Positions 8,825-18,571 of a stretch of DNA of 34,231 nucleotides are shown here, in pieces. Position numbers and translations under genes: made by a program. This DNA is from Promethearchaeota archaeon (GTDB lineage Archaea; Asgardarchaeota; Lokiarchaeia; Sigyniarchaeales; SOKP01). Location: assembly GCA_018238625.1 (NCBI GenBank), contig JABCSY010000041.1:1-34231 (forward strand), read 5' to 3'. The notes beneath the pieces were generated by a model that saw nothing but the letters and a program-made list of their open reading frames with translations, searched no databases and was not told the origin of the DNA. Every line of letters starts with the position of its first letter. Positions within the stretch are counted from its first letter, which is position 1.

Positions 8825-9025
8825 ATTTTGTATAAATTGAATATCCTGATTTACAACATTTAAGTTATAATTAAATTCAAAACCATCATTATCATAGTCA
8901 TCATCGCCATTATCGTCGTCTCTAAAATCTTCAAACTGAGTTCCCATATTAAATGTAGTTAAAATTGAAAGCGATGCTATTGCCACAAACCCAATGATAA
9001 TAAAAATTCCTATTTTTTTCATCAT
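8792..9025 (-). CDS. Small membrane-anchored or secreted protein with acidic tract
   Basis: MKK plus hydrophobic N-terminus, then DDDNGDDDYDNDG. Begins 1 nt after the upstream gene's stop. Confidence 0.55.
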   Translation of the reverse strand: MMKKIGIFIIIGFVAIASLSILTTFNMGTQFEDFRDDDNGDDDYDNDGFEFNYNLNVVNQDIQFIQNLYKISNFFRI

Positions 9026-9026
9026 G

Positions 9027-9677
9027 TTATCCCCAAAAAATAATCAGTATTTCGGTGTTTATTAAAAAAATGTGAACTGCTAACAGACCGGTGAATATTA
9101 ACATTATGTAATGAACTTTTATAAATTTCTTATATCCAAACTTTTTAAATCTGTTCATATCTTTAAGATAAAAAAACAGAATTGTAACACTTAACATAAT
9201 AGTACCAAAAAGCACACCCGTCCATAATTTTGTTAAAAATAGAATATAAGGGATATGATTACTCTCACCTTTAAAGATAAGATCTCCCCATGGTTCTGAT
9301 AAAAGTAATGTCGTAACATGTAAGCCAAAAATAACATTAGTCGTTAATGCACTTATACTATGATAATTTTTAGCTTTAGGATATGATTGAAATAATTTTG
9401 CTATGCGTTTTGTTTTAGCTCCTTTGACCATCGTAAAAATAAACCAAGTGAGCGTGCTAAACCCAAGAGTTCTCCCCCATATCCATAATATGCCCCCCTC
9501 GTGGCTAGTATGATTGGAACAAGCAAAGATTATATGATTTAAATTAATTAAAAAATAAGGAATTATAATTGAAATGCTCAATATTAATAAATCAAACGCA
9601 AGAAATTTCTTAAACCAAGTATTTTTTTCTGGAGTTTTATTACTTTTAACTTGCTCGTTTGTTTTATTGTCAATCAT
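9027..9677 (-). CDS. Membrane protein, ferric-reductase-like/cytochrome b TM domain
   Basis: About 5 TM helices with paired His (NYH...GLH; KVH...AVH), plus WGRTLG and WTG motifs. Confidence 0.65.
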   Translation of the reverse strand: MIDNKTNEQVKSNKTPEKNTWFKKFLAFDLLILSISIIIPYFLINLNHIIFACSNHTSHEGGILWIWGRTLGFSTLTWFIFTMVKGAKTKRIAKLFQSYPKAKNYHSISALTTNVIFGLHVTTLLLSEPWGDLIFKGESNHIPYILFLTKLWTGVLFGTIMLSVTILFFYLKDMNRFKKFGYKKFIKVHYIMLIFTGLLAVHIFLINTEILIIFWG

Positions 9678-9773
9678 TAAGTTTTTTCTTCTTACTGTTT
9701 AATTTGTTTTAAAATATAATTTGCAGATAAAAAAAAAAACTATTATAAATTATTAATAAAAATATAAGGTTAA

Positions 9774-10463
9774 TTATTTGTGGGCTATCAAAATAATGTG
9801 ATTAGCTGCGTATCTATGAATGTTGAAGCTTTCGCTTATTTTATAACCCGCTTTTTCTAAAATCTTTTTCTCTTGAATGTAAATAATTTCAGGTTTTTGA
9901 ACGCTATCTATTGATTGAGATTTAATTGCAAGAATAAGAGTTCCTTTATCCTTTAGATAATAATTACAGTTCGCAATAGCAATTTGTGCTTGGTTTGGCT
10001 GAGCTATATCTTGATAAACTAAATCAATATTAGTAAAAACGGAATTCGCATATTTTTCCGGAAAATTAGCGTCTCCTAATATTGGAACAAGATTTTTTCT
10101 ATAATTGGTGTTTTGAATTAATTGTCGCATACTACGTTCAGCAAACTCTACTCCATAGATAATCCCATTGTAAACTATGTCTGAGAGATGAGATATTGTA
10201 GTACCTGACGATGCTCCTAAATACAAACATTTTATTTCGCTTGATAAGAAATTCACTGAAGGTTTTTCCAATATCATTGCAGCTAATTTACTTCTATAAG
10301 GATCCCATTCTCGATATTCTTCTCCTTTAAATGTAATTAACTTCTCCCCATACACTTTATTACCCGGAACTAAGTTTTTAGAATAAAGTTTTAGGTTATG
10401 TGGAGGTCCAGAAATATAAACATTAGAGTATTTTGGATGTGTTCTGACGTTAAAATTGCTCAA
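9774..10463 (-). CDS. flpA: Fibrillarin-like rRNA/tRNA 2'-O-methyltransferase
   Basis: VYGE, YREWDPYRSKLAA, LYLGASSGTTISHLSD and YQDIAQPNQ. Confidence 0.96.
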   Translation of the reverse strand: MSNFNVRTHPKYSNVYISGPPHNLKLYSKNLVPGNKVYGEKLITFKGEEYREWDPYRSKLAAMILEKPSVNFLSSEIKCLYLGASSGTTISHLSDIVYNGIIYGVEFAERSMRQLIQNTNYRKNLVPILGDANFPEKYANSVFTNIDLVYQDIAQPNQAQIAIANCNYYLKDKGTLILAIKSQSIDSVQKPEIIYIQEKKILEKAGYKISESFNIHRYAANHIILIAHK

Positions 10464-10470
10464 ATTAACT

Positions 10471-11694
10471 TTACCTCCTTCTTTTCTTACTTATTTGCTT
10501 TTTATTTGATTTTATTTTGGTTTTGGAATCACTTTTTTTTATAGGGGGTTTTGGATATTTTTTTTCAATCTCTTTTATTTTTTCTTCAATTTGTCTCGCT
10601 AAAATATCTCCTATGAACTCACCTTTAAAAAAATCTACTTTAGTAGCAATTCCTATTTTCCCTGAAACCACTCTAGAGATCTTTCCACGGTTATACGCTT
10701 TACTTCCTCTAATCAAATTCCACTGAAAAATTAACCCGTGCTTTGGTCGTTTTTCACCGGTTTTAAGGAACCTATACAAAGCTTTTTCAGCCCCTAGTAG
10801 TTGAACCCTCGAAGCTGGCATATAAGCTAAATCTTTTAAACTTCCCGCTTTTGCTATTAATTTAGCCCCAACTAAACCTCCGACTAAAGCATTGAGATTT
10901 GGAGCAACTTGTTCCATTAATGAATCTAAATATTCTTCTAATTCTTGTCTGAACTCGTCCAATGATAAAATCTGACTAGCGTAGTTTTTAATAATACTAA
11001 GATTAATATCTGCCCCCATTGATTGGGAAGCCAACTTCTGTAATGATTTAATTCTTCCTTCCTTGAAACTAAAACTTTGAGTAATCTTATCATAAGTAAA
11101 GCTATCTCGGCTTCCTAGAATTGAAACCATTTTTGCAATTATAATGTTATCTTCAATTAACTTATCCGTAAGTTCTGGAAAATGTAAACCATACCATTCT
11201 CTAAGACGACCTGAAAATAAGCTTATTGATTTCTTAAGAATCTCAAGTGTTTCTATGATTTGAATGATTTCTACATCTCCTTGAGCTCCAACCTGACTGA
11301 TTCTCTTCTTAATTAATTGAACTTCAACTTTCTTAAAAATAGAGAGAATTTCTTGTCGAGTTTTATGAATCCCTACTCTTTTCAATTGATCTTCTAAATT
11401 AAAGCGAAAATCTTTAAACTCTAGAGAGTGACTTTCAAAAGAAGTGTTGCATCCTAATTCTTTTGAAGTTAAAATCTGTAGCTTTTTATTATCAAATACA
11501 AACTCGTCAAAACCCGAATTTTTCAATTCATTGATAAAATCTGAATACTCTTTGATGATTAAATTATTATTTAATGAATCATAAAACCCAACCACTCTTT
11601 GGACATCGTCCAAGAAATCAATAAAATTAAGAAAATTTCCACTATCATCAATAGTGTATATCCCTATTAATGTATCAATGATAAAACATTTCAT
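10471..11694 (-). CDS. nop5: Box C/D snoRNP protein Nop5 (Nop56/58)
   Basis: RLREWYGLHFPEL, SMGAD, APNL, PASRVQLLGAEKALYR, PKHGLIF and a Lys-rich tail. Confidence 0.95.
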   Translation of the reverse strand: MKCFIIDTLIGIYTIDDSGNFLNFIDFLDDVQRVVGFYDSLNNNLIIKEYSDFINELKNSGFDEFVFDNKKLQILTSKELGCNTSFESHSLEFKDFRFNLEDQLKRVGIHKTRQEILSIFKKVEVQLIKKRISQVGAQGDVEIIQIIETLEILKKSISLFSGRLREWYGLHFPELTDKLIEDNIIIAKMVSILGSRDSFTYDKITQSFSFKEGRIKSLQKLASQSMGADINLSIIKNYASQILSLDEFRQELEEYLDSLMEQVAPNLNALVGGLVGAKLIAKAGSLKDLAYMPASRVQLLGAEKALYRFLKTGEKRPKHGLIFQWNLIRGSKAYNRGKISRVVSGKIGIATKVDFFKGEFIGDILARQIEEKIKEIEKKYPKPPIKKSDSKTKIKSNKKQISKKRRR

Positions 11695-11764
11695 TTTTCT
11701 AAATCTACGCGTAAATAAAATTTCTCAAATAATAATAATAATAATTTCTTACATTATAATAGTA

Positions 11765-12691
11765 ATGCTTGAAGTAAATATTTCTGGTTTAAAGTTAAAC
11801 TCTCCTTTGATTTTAGCTTCTGGCATTTTAGGTGTGTCTTATTCTACGATGTTAAGATTGATTAATATCGGAATAGGTGCTATAACAACCAAATCTATTG
11901 GACCTAGACCTAGAAGGGGATTTAAAAATCCTTCAATTATTGAATTATATCCAGGGACTTTTCTAAATAGCGTAGGTCTTGGTAATCCGGGGATTGATAA
12001 CTTTATCTCTGAAATTGAAGAAATAAAATCACATAAAATACCTCTGATTGTTAGTGTCTTTGGAGATAGTAATGAAACATATTTAGATGTAGCACTAAAA
12101 GCTCAGAATGCAGGAGCAGATGCAATTGAAATTAATATTTCTTGTCCACATGCTGAGGTATCTTCCATAGGAATTGATAAAGGTTTAACATTTGAAATTG
12201 TAAAATTTCTAAAAGAAAAGCTTACAATCCCTCTTTTTGTGAAAATGAATCCAAATGTAACAAATATAGTAGAAATTGCTCTGGCAGCTGAGAAAGGTGG
12301 TGCTGATGGATTAGTTGCCATAAATACTTTAGCCGCATTGAAAATAGATGTAAATACTAAAAGACCTCTTCTAGCACATGGGAGCGGGGGACTTTCGGGG
12401 AAGGCAATCCATCCCATAGCTGTTAAGAAAGTATATGATTTATATAAATTACTGAAAATACCCATAATTGGTTGCGGCGGTATCGATTCATGGCAAGATG
12501 TAGTAGAATTCTTTTTAGCTGGAGCTTCAGCAGTACAAATTGGTACAGCTTTCTATAAAGGAACCGAAATTATTACTGAAATTAATCATGGTTTAACTCA
12601 ATATCTTAAGGATAATGGATTTAAATCCATAAATGATGTTAAAGGCTTAGCTCATCAGTTCAAAACTCAAGAGGTGCCCGATTTTGACTGA
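11765..12691 (+). CDS. pyrD: Dihydroorotate dehydrogenase 1B, catalytic subunit
   Basis: LASG, TTKS, NSVGLGNPG, EINISCPH, GGLSG and GASAVQIGTA. Start at ATG 11765. Confidence 0.95.
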   Translation: MLEVNISGLKLNSPLILASGILGVSYSTMLRLINIGIGAITTKSIGPRPRRGFKNPSIIELYPGTFLNSVGLGNPGIDNFISEIEEIKSHKIPLIVSVFGDSNETYLDVALKAQNAGADAIEINISCPHAEVSSIGIDKGLTFEIVKFLKEKLTIPLFVKMNPNVTNIVEIALAAEKGGADGLVAINTLAALKIDVNTKRPLLAHGSGGLSGKAIHPIAVKKVYDLYKLLKIPIIGCGGIDSWQDVVEFFLAGASAVQIGTAFYKGTEIITEINHGLTQYLKDNGFKSINDVKGLAHQFKTQEVPDFD

Positions 12692-13520
12692 GAATACTAT
12701 ACAGACAGTAAAAATAAGCCGTATTATTAATGATTGTGAAAGCGTGAAAACAATTATTTTTAAAATGACGGGGACTCAACCAAAACCAGGACAATTTGTT
12801 ATGATCTGGGTCCCAGGAGTCGATGAGGTACCAATGTCAATCTCAGCCTGCGATGAAGCAGGGGATTGGGCAATTACCGTGAAAAATGTGGGCGAATGTA
12901 CTGAAGCTTTGCATGAATTGAAGGTTAATGATTATATTGGTGTAAGAGGACCTTTAGGAAATTGCTTTTATATACCCCCCCATAAAGATTATAATATATT
13001 TTTAGTGGGAGGCGGAATTGGAATGGCACCTCTTAGATTTCTTGCTAATCACTTAAAAACCTCTGGTTATACTTTTAAAGTGGTACAAGGAGCTAAAGTT
13101 GAAAGTGATTTGCTATATATGAATGATTTTTATGAGTATGACCAGAAAGATTCAAAATTTCACGTTTGTACAGATGATGGAAGCTACGGCGAAGAAGGAT
13201 TTGCAACAGAGATTTTTGAAAACCTTATAAAAGATTTCTCACAAAAGGATTTTAAAAATACCATTGTATATTCTTGTGGCCCAGAAGAAATGCTATATAA
13301 GCTATTTCAAATATGTGAAAAGAATAATACCGAATTTTATGCAAGTCTCGAACGTATTATGAGATGTGGCTGTGGACTATGCGGCTTATGCGCTCTAGAC
13401 CCAAAAGGACTGTTAGTTTGTAAAGATGGACCCATTTTTAGTTATGATCAATTAGAAAAAATGGGAGATTTCGGGAAATATCGAAGAGACTTTACCGGAA
13501 AAAAAATTAAAATAGAATAA
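12684..13520 (+). CDS. pyrK: Dihydroorotate dehydrogenase electron-transfer subunit
   Basis: PGQFVMIW, RGPLGN, GGGIGMAP, CGP and ERIMRCGCGLCGLC...CKDGP (2Fe-2S). Confidence 0.93.
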   Translation: MTENTIQTVKISRIINDCESVKTIIFKMTGTQPKPGQFVMIWVPGVDEVPMSISACDEAGDWAITVKNVGECTEALHELKVNDYIGVRGPLGNCFYIPPHKDYNIFLVGGGIGMAPLRFLANHLKTSGYTFKVVQGAKVESDLLYMNDFYEYDQKDSKFHVCTDDGSYGEEGFATEIFENLIKDFSQKDFKNTIVYSCGPEEMLYKLFQICEKNNTEFYASLERIMRCGCGLCGLCALDPKGLLVCKDGPIFSYDQLEKMGDFGKYRRDFTGKKIKIE

Positions 13521-14951
13521 TTAACTGATTAGATCGCTTAAATCTTGTGTTAACTTTTCGAAAAAACGATTTTCATTCATCTCATATTTCAAAATCCCCT
13601 GCATTCTTCGAATTCGCATTTTCAATCCTGGATTAAGCTCTGTGTCTTTTAAGTATATAGTTAAAAATGGTTTTTTCTCGTTTACGGCTAAATGGATCTC
13701 ATCTTGAGTATTTTCTGAATCTAGTACATTTGGAGATATAACAGATAAAAAAACACGACATTCCATGAGTTTTTCAGCTATAGTATTGCACCAGTCTCGA
13801 CTTAATGGAATCCCCTCATCATACCATATATTTATTCCCTTAGTATTTAATTTCTGAAGGATAGGATATACTTCAGCTTTATCTTTATGAGTATAACTCA
13901 CAAAAACATAAGGTGAGTTTCCCATATAAGCTGAAAATGGAGGTTCAATGGATAAATCTGCAGTTTTTTCAATTAAATTATTTCTTAAATATTTTTCTAA
14001 TTCATTACCACTTTTAGGCAAATCTAAATCATTAAGAACTGAAAACTTTTTTAAGATTTTTTCCACTTGGTCAGGTTTTTTCATAATATTAGAGATGACA
14101 TCATAGTTGTCTATTAAAATCTTTGTTGGTTTACCCGTTCCCGCTTTAACTTTTATGTCTTTTAATATAAGGCTTACGACCTTTTTAATTACCCATGTTT
14201 CAACATCCTCCTTCTCTTTTGAAATATCTTTAGTGGATTTCCCCGCATATTTTCCTCCCCAATCTAAAGTTACCAAATCATCATGGATATAAATCTTGTA
14301 ATCCCCTTCTAACATTATCGCGGGGTCTTCTTTAAATAGATTTTGTGTCGCTAATAAATCCAATCGTTTAATTACAGATTCAAAAAATCCTTTATCAATA
14401 TTAAACGGAAGATCATCGCTTGAAATTATTTTCTTTCCAATTAGCATTAGATAAATTGCCATTTGATGCAAACATAAGCCTCCGACCTTAGAGGGAGATT
14501 GATTGCGACCAATTTTACAGCTACAGTCCCTTTCAACGGATCCGTCGACTATTTTCAGTGAGGCTTTCTTAGATCCATATTTACTAGAGTACCAAACATT
14601 ATACCCCTTTCCACCTGCTATTATTGCTGCGTTTTGGATTTTTTCTACCTTATGCTCCCCACTAATTAACGAAAGTGCATTTAATATTATACTTTCTGAA
14701 AAATCTTTCTCAAATTCATTATATAGGGATGATTTATTGGGATCATCTAAAAAGGAATCCAGTTCATTTATTAATTCGTCCTTCCTAAGTTTCGAATAAC
14801 CCTTAAATTTTTGACCTTTAGTATTTTTTTCTAAAATCGAATCATTATATCGATTAATTAATGCTTTTATTTTGGGAAGAGTGAGTGATTTTAGGAAGAT
14901 CTTAAATGTAAAAGATTCTAATCCTTTTTCTATTGGTTTCTTTTTTACCAT
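13521..14951 (-). CDS. HeH/Rho-N-like, SWIM zinc finger and TIR domain protein
   Basis: KGYSKLRKDELINEL; DCSC-x14-CLH SWIM; C-terminal YVFVSYTHKD..IWYDEGI..W..I..ISPN..S...QDEI TIR. Start 14951 (alternative 14996). Confidence 0.82.
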   Translation of the reverse strand: MVKKKPIEKGLESFTFKIFLKSLTLPKIKALINRYNDSILEKNTKGQKFKGYSKLRKDELINELDSFLDDPNKSSLYNEFEKDFSESIILNALSLISGEHKVEKIQNAAIIAGGKGYNVWYSSKYGSKKASLKIVDGSVERDCSCKIGRNQSPSKVGGLCLHQMAIYLMLIGKKIISSDDLPFNIDKGFFESVIKRLDLLATQNLFKEDPAIMLEGDYKIYIHDDLVTLDWGGKYAGKSTKDISKEKEDVETWVIKKVVSLILKDIKVKAGTGKPTKILIDNYDVISNIMKKPDQVEKILKKFSVLNDLDLPKSGNELEKYLRNNLIEKTADLSIEPPFSAYMGNSPYVFVSYTHKDKAEVYPILQKLNTKGINIWYDEGIPLSRDWCNTIAEKLMECRVFLSVISPNVLDSENTQDEIHLAVNEKKPFLTIYLKDTELNPGLKMRIRRMQGILKYEMNENRFFEKLTQDLSDLIS

Positions 14952-15160
14952 AATATAAATAATAATTGTTACTAAAAAAAGATAGTAATTTACCATTAAA
15001 CCATGCCTTAATGATTAATCAAAGCTAAAATATAATTTGAAAACATTGACCAAAATTTATCTTATTTAGCTTTTTGACCGAAAAATATTAGTTTTATAAA
15101 AATAAACTAAATTTAAGCAATAGTGAATTTATTATTTTTATTAACAGATCGAATTAAAAA

Positions 15161-16789
15161 ATGGGATATTCAGAAGACCTAAACTCAGCCACAATTAAAC
15201 AGATCGCCAGAGAAATTATTGATTACTTGGTAAAAAACCCAGACTTCTCTCGGGAGAAAATTACGAACCTAAAAGGGCGGATCGGTAGTAAATATAAACA
15301 TCCTAAAGTAATAAAGAATGCTACTATATTACATTTTGCTTCAGAAGAAGAAAAATCGATTATCACTAAACTACTAAAGAGAAGAGCGGTAAGAACATTG
15401 TCGGGGATATCAACAATTGCAATCATGACTAAACCCTTACCATGCCCTGGGAAATGTGTTTTTTGTCCGGGTCAAAACTCTCAACCGGGAGAAAAAGTAG
15501 CCCAGTCTTATACGGGGAGAGAACCTTCAGCTATGCGCTCTATTCAAAACAATTATGATCCTTACAAACAAGTACAAAGCCGAATACGGGATTTAGAAGC
15601 TATTGGTCATAATGTAGATAAAATTTCCTTAATAATTCAAGGAGGGACATTCTTGTCAACTACTCGGAATTATCAAGAACAATTCATCAAAGGAGCTTAC
15701 GAAGGGATTGTAGAGAAAAGAGCGGATTCTTTAAAGGATGTAAAAAGAATGGCAGAAGAATCGAAAAGAAGACTAATAGGATTGACAATTGAAACTCGAC
15801 CTGATTATTGTACAGAGCCATATGTAGACATGATGCTGGAATATGGAGCCACAAGAGTAGAAATTGGTGTACAAACCGTTCTCGATGATGTTTACAAAAA
15901 AGTAAATAGAGGTCACACGACTCAAGATAGCATCAACGCTATAAGGATTGCGAGAGACGCTGGTTTAAAAATAAATGCCCATATTATGCCTAATTTACCC
16001 GGCTCTAACTACGCTAAGGATATAGAAGTGTTTGATGTTCTATTTTCTTCTCCAAATTATCGCCCAGATATGTTGAAAATCTATCCATGCTTAGTAATTA
16101 AAGGGACTAAGTTGTATGATTGGTGGAAAGCAGGTGAATTTTCGCCATATTCATTAGATGAATTAGTAGATTTAATTTCAACTATAAAACAAGATATCCC
16201 TTCTTATGTAAGAATACAGAGAATTATGAGAGATATACCAGCTTTTCTAATTGAAGCAGGGTGCAAAAAAAGTAATCTAAGACAATTGGTGCACAAAAAG
16301 CTAGAAGGACTTAATTTTAAATGTAATTGCATTAGATGTCGAGAATATGGAATTGTTAAGAAATCTCTAAATATTGAAGAAATTAAAATCGAAGATATTA
16401 AATTATATCGACAAGATTATGAGGCATCTCTAGGACACGAAACTTTTCTTTCTTATGAAAATAAAAAGGAAGGTTATTTATTAGGCTATTTGAGGTTGAG
16501 GAAACCTTCTGAATTTGCTCATAGACCTGAGTTGAGGGACGGCAAAACGATGATTATAAGAGAAGTTAGAGTAGTAGGTGAATTAGTTCCTAAAGACGCA
16601 AAACCACTTAGTAATACCCAGCTCCAGCATCGAGGTTATGGAAAATTGTTAATGGAGAACGCTGAAAAAATAGCGGTTGAAGATTATTCCTCTAAAAAGT
16701 TAGCAGTAATAAGTGGTATTGGAGCGAGGGATTGGTTTTATAAAATGGGTTATAGCCTTGATGGATACTATGTCTCAAAATATTTTTAA
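15161..16789 (+). CDS. elp3: tRNA uridine(34) acetyltransferase Elp3 (radical SAM plus GNAT)
   Basis: RTLSG, CPGKCVFCPG, QSYTGREP, GGTF, ETRPD, KIYP, RIQRIMRDIP, CIRCRE and QHRGYG. Confidence 0.96.
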   Translation: MGYSEDLNSATIKQIAREIIDYLVKNPDFSREKITNLKGRIGSKYKHPKVIKNATILHFASEEEKSIITKLLKRRAVRTLSGISTIAIMTKPLPCPGKCVFCPGQNSQPGEKVAQSYTGREPSAMRSIQNNYDPYKQVQSRIRDLEAIGHNVDKISLIIQGGTFLSTTRNYQEQFIKGAYEGIVEKRADSLKDVKRMAEESKRRLIGLTIETRPDYCTEPYVDMMLEYGATRVEIGVQTVLDDVYKKVNRGHTTQDSINAIRIARDAGLKINAHIMPNLPGSNYAKDIEVFDVLFSSPNYRPDMLKIYPCLVIKGTKLYDWWKAGEFSPYSLDELVDLISTIKQDIPSYVRIQRIMRDIPAFLIEAGCKKSNLRQLVHKKLEGLNFKCNCIRCREYGIVKKSLNIEEIKIEDIKLYRQDYEASLGHETFLSYENKKEGYLLGYLRLRKPSEFAHRPELRDGKTMIIREVRVVGELVPKDAKPLSNTQLQHRGYGKLLMENAEKIAVEDYSSKKLAVISGIGARDWFYKMGYSLDGYYVSKYF

Positions 16790-17304
16790 TATTAAATTTA
16801 ATATTACTTAAGAGTAATAAGATTTCGCCCTGGATAAGCTAAATCCTAATAATCCTCCTAACTCTATATTTGGTTTTTTTGACAGGAGTCTCCCTTTTAA
16901 TAAATTAAAAGTTTTTTTTTCAGAGTTATGTTCATTTAAATTATTACTTTTCTCTTTATAAAAGGTACTACTTAAAATTTTTTTAACAAAAATTCAAAGA
17001 TTTTGATTGAAATTTGTATTGTTGAATAAACGACGATTAAAACCTATTATTGACTCAGATGTACTGTACTATAAATAAATCTGATTAATAGATTATATAT
17101 AAATTTAAAAAAAGCTTTCATTTTTGTAATTTTAGATATATTAAGCTGAAAACTCAGATTTTTGCTCTATATGTGGCAGAAATGTACTTTCAAAAAAATT
17201 AAATCAAGCAATAGTTTCTACTTAAATTTTAAATACTTTGATATTTTTATAAATTAATATATAATGAAATTTAATCATATAATTTTCAAAAAAGGATTTG
17301 ATAA

Positions 17305-18378
17305 ATGACTACTAAAAAATATCTATCCAATAAAAAAACAGCTCAACAAACGATATCTTTATCCCCTGCGCTTAAGGAGTGGATAGAAAGATACGTTAAA
17401 GTAAATCAACGAAAAAATCCCGATGACAAGAGATTTAAAAGCGTATCGGCTTTTTATAACTATGTTATGGAACAAACAATGGAAAGTTTTAAAAGTGGAA
17501 AAACTTTAGATGATTTTAAAAGATTTATTGACGGGGAAACTAAAGAATTTTTCGATATGTTTACATTCAAGGGAATCATTCCATTTTACGAGTTCATTTT
17601 AAAATCGAATAAATACACAAACTTTACTTTTCGTGAGTTTCCTCGATTTTTGTTCGGAATTAGAAAGTTTTTTACAGGTGGTGTAAAAACATTTGACTAT
17701 CGAACTTTAAAGGAAAGGTTCGAGAGAGCTAAAAAATTCTACTTAATGAACAAATTAACGAAAGAAATAAGAATGGATATTTTTACAGAGGGAAATCCTA
17801 AATACGCTAAAGGTGTTTTTGAATATATTGGACAGTATAAAAATTTGTTTTTTGAAAATTGTAAGTTTAACGCAGCTTTACTAGCTATTTTGGGCGTTAA
17901 AATAACAGATATAACTTTTTCTGAAACAGATTTATATTGCAGATTTGACTTGATAGCAACAGATTTACTTTTTCGAAAAGAAATTGCTAGAAGGGAACGA
18001 TTTAACCTTATAGAACATAACTTATCATTTTTGACAAATTATTACAAAATTATTAACGATGAGGATTTTTACTTGTGGATGAAAATGTCGAAGGATAAGG
18101 GTGTTTTTATCAGCTTTAAAGATAATAAAGTTAAAAATAAATGGTTTAGTCTAATTATAAAAGAAGTGGAAAACCATTCGAAAGATTCTAACTTTCTTTT
18201 AAGCATTCTGAAATATTTTGAGAGACTACATTGGATAGATATTGAAAGTGAAGAAGAATTAAGTTTCGTTATTAGACTCTCAAAAGAAAAAAATAACGAA
18301 GATAGAGAGTTTTTATTGAATTATCTTTCACAACATTCAACAATTTCTAATGTAGACGAAAAAATTTATTTAGAATAA
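17305..18378 (+). CDS. Hypothetical protein with N-terminal ribbon-helix-helix-like segment (possible regulator)
   Basis: QTISLSPALKEWIERY...FKSVSAFYNYVME resembles RHH. The rest is not recognised. Confidence 0.6.
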   Translation: MTTKKYLSNKKTAQQTISLSPALKEWIERYVKVNQRKNPDDKRFKSVSAFYNYVMEQTMESFKSGKTLDDFKRFIDGETKEFFDMFTFKGIIPFYEFILKSNKYTNFTFREFPRFLFGIRKFFTGGVKTFDYRTLKERFERAKKFYLMNKLTKEIRMDIFTEGNPKYAKGVFEYIGQYKNLFFENCKFNAALLAILGVKITDITFSETDLYCRFDLIATDLLFRKEIARRERFNLIEHNLSFLTNYYKIINDEDFYLWMKMSKDKGVFISFKDNKVKNKWFSLIIKEVENHSKDSNFLLSILKYFERLHWIDIESEEELSFVIRLSKEKNNEDREFLLNYLSQHSTISNVDEKIYLE

Positions 18379-18571
18379 TTAAACATCATGATTAACAAAA
18401 TTCCTTTTGATTCTTTTATTAAAAATTATTTTATCTTTTTATGTTTGCGCTAATTTATTTTATAACAGCATTTATTCGAGTTATTTTACATAACAATTAA
18501 AGATTTAAAAGAAATAAAATTTAATCTTAATTAATTTATCAAGTTATAGTCATAATTATCTGTGATTTATA

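Noticed and set aside
11654-11764. N-terminal extension of pyrD and the ATAATA run
   Set aside because: It overlaps the nop5 start and is the AT-rich divergent promoter; the real start is 11765.
14470-14510. Possible second BHB intron in the SWIM spacer
   Set aside because: A UCUCC/GGAGG stem exists but no 4-bp central helix forms, the frame is open, and SWIM spacers vary naturally.
16808-16935. Possible small minus-strand ORF after elp3
   Set aside because: The ATG frame stops after 12 codons, the other frames lack starts, and no motif is recognisable.
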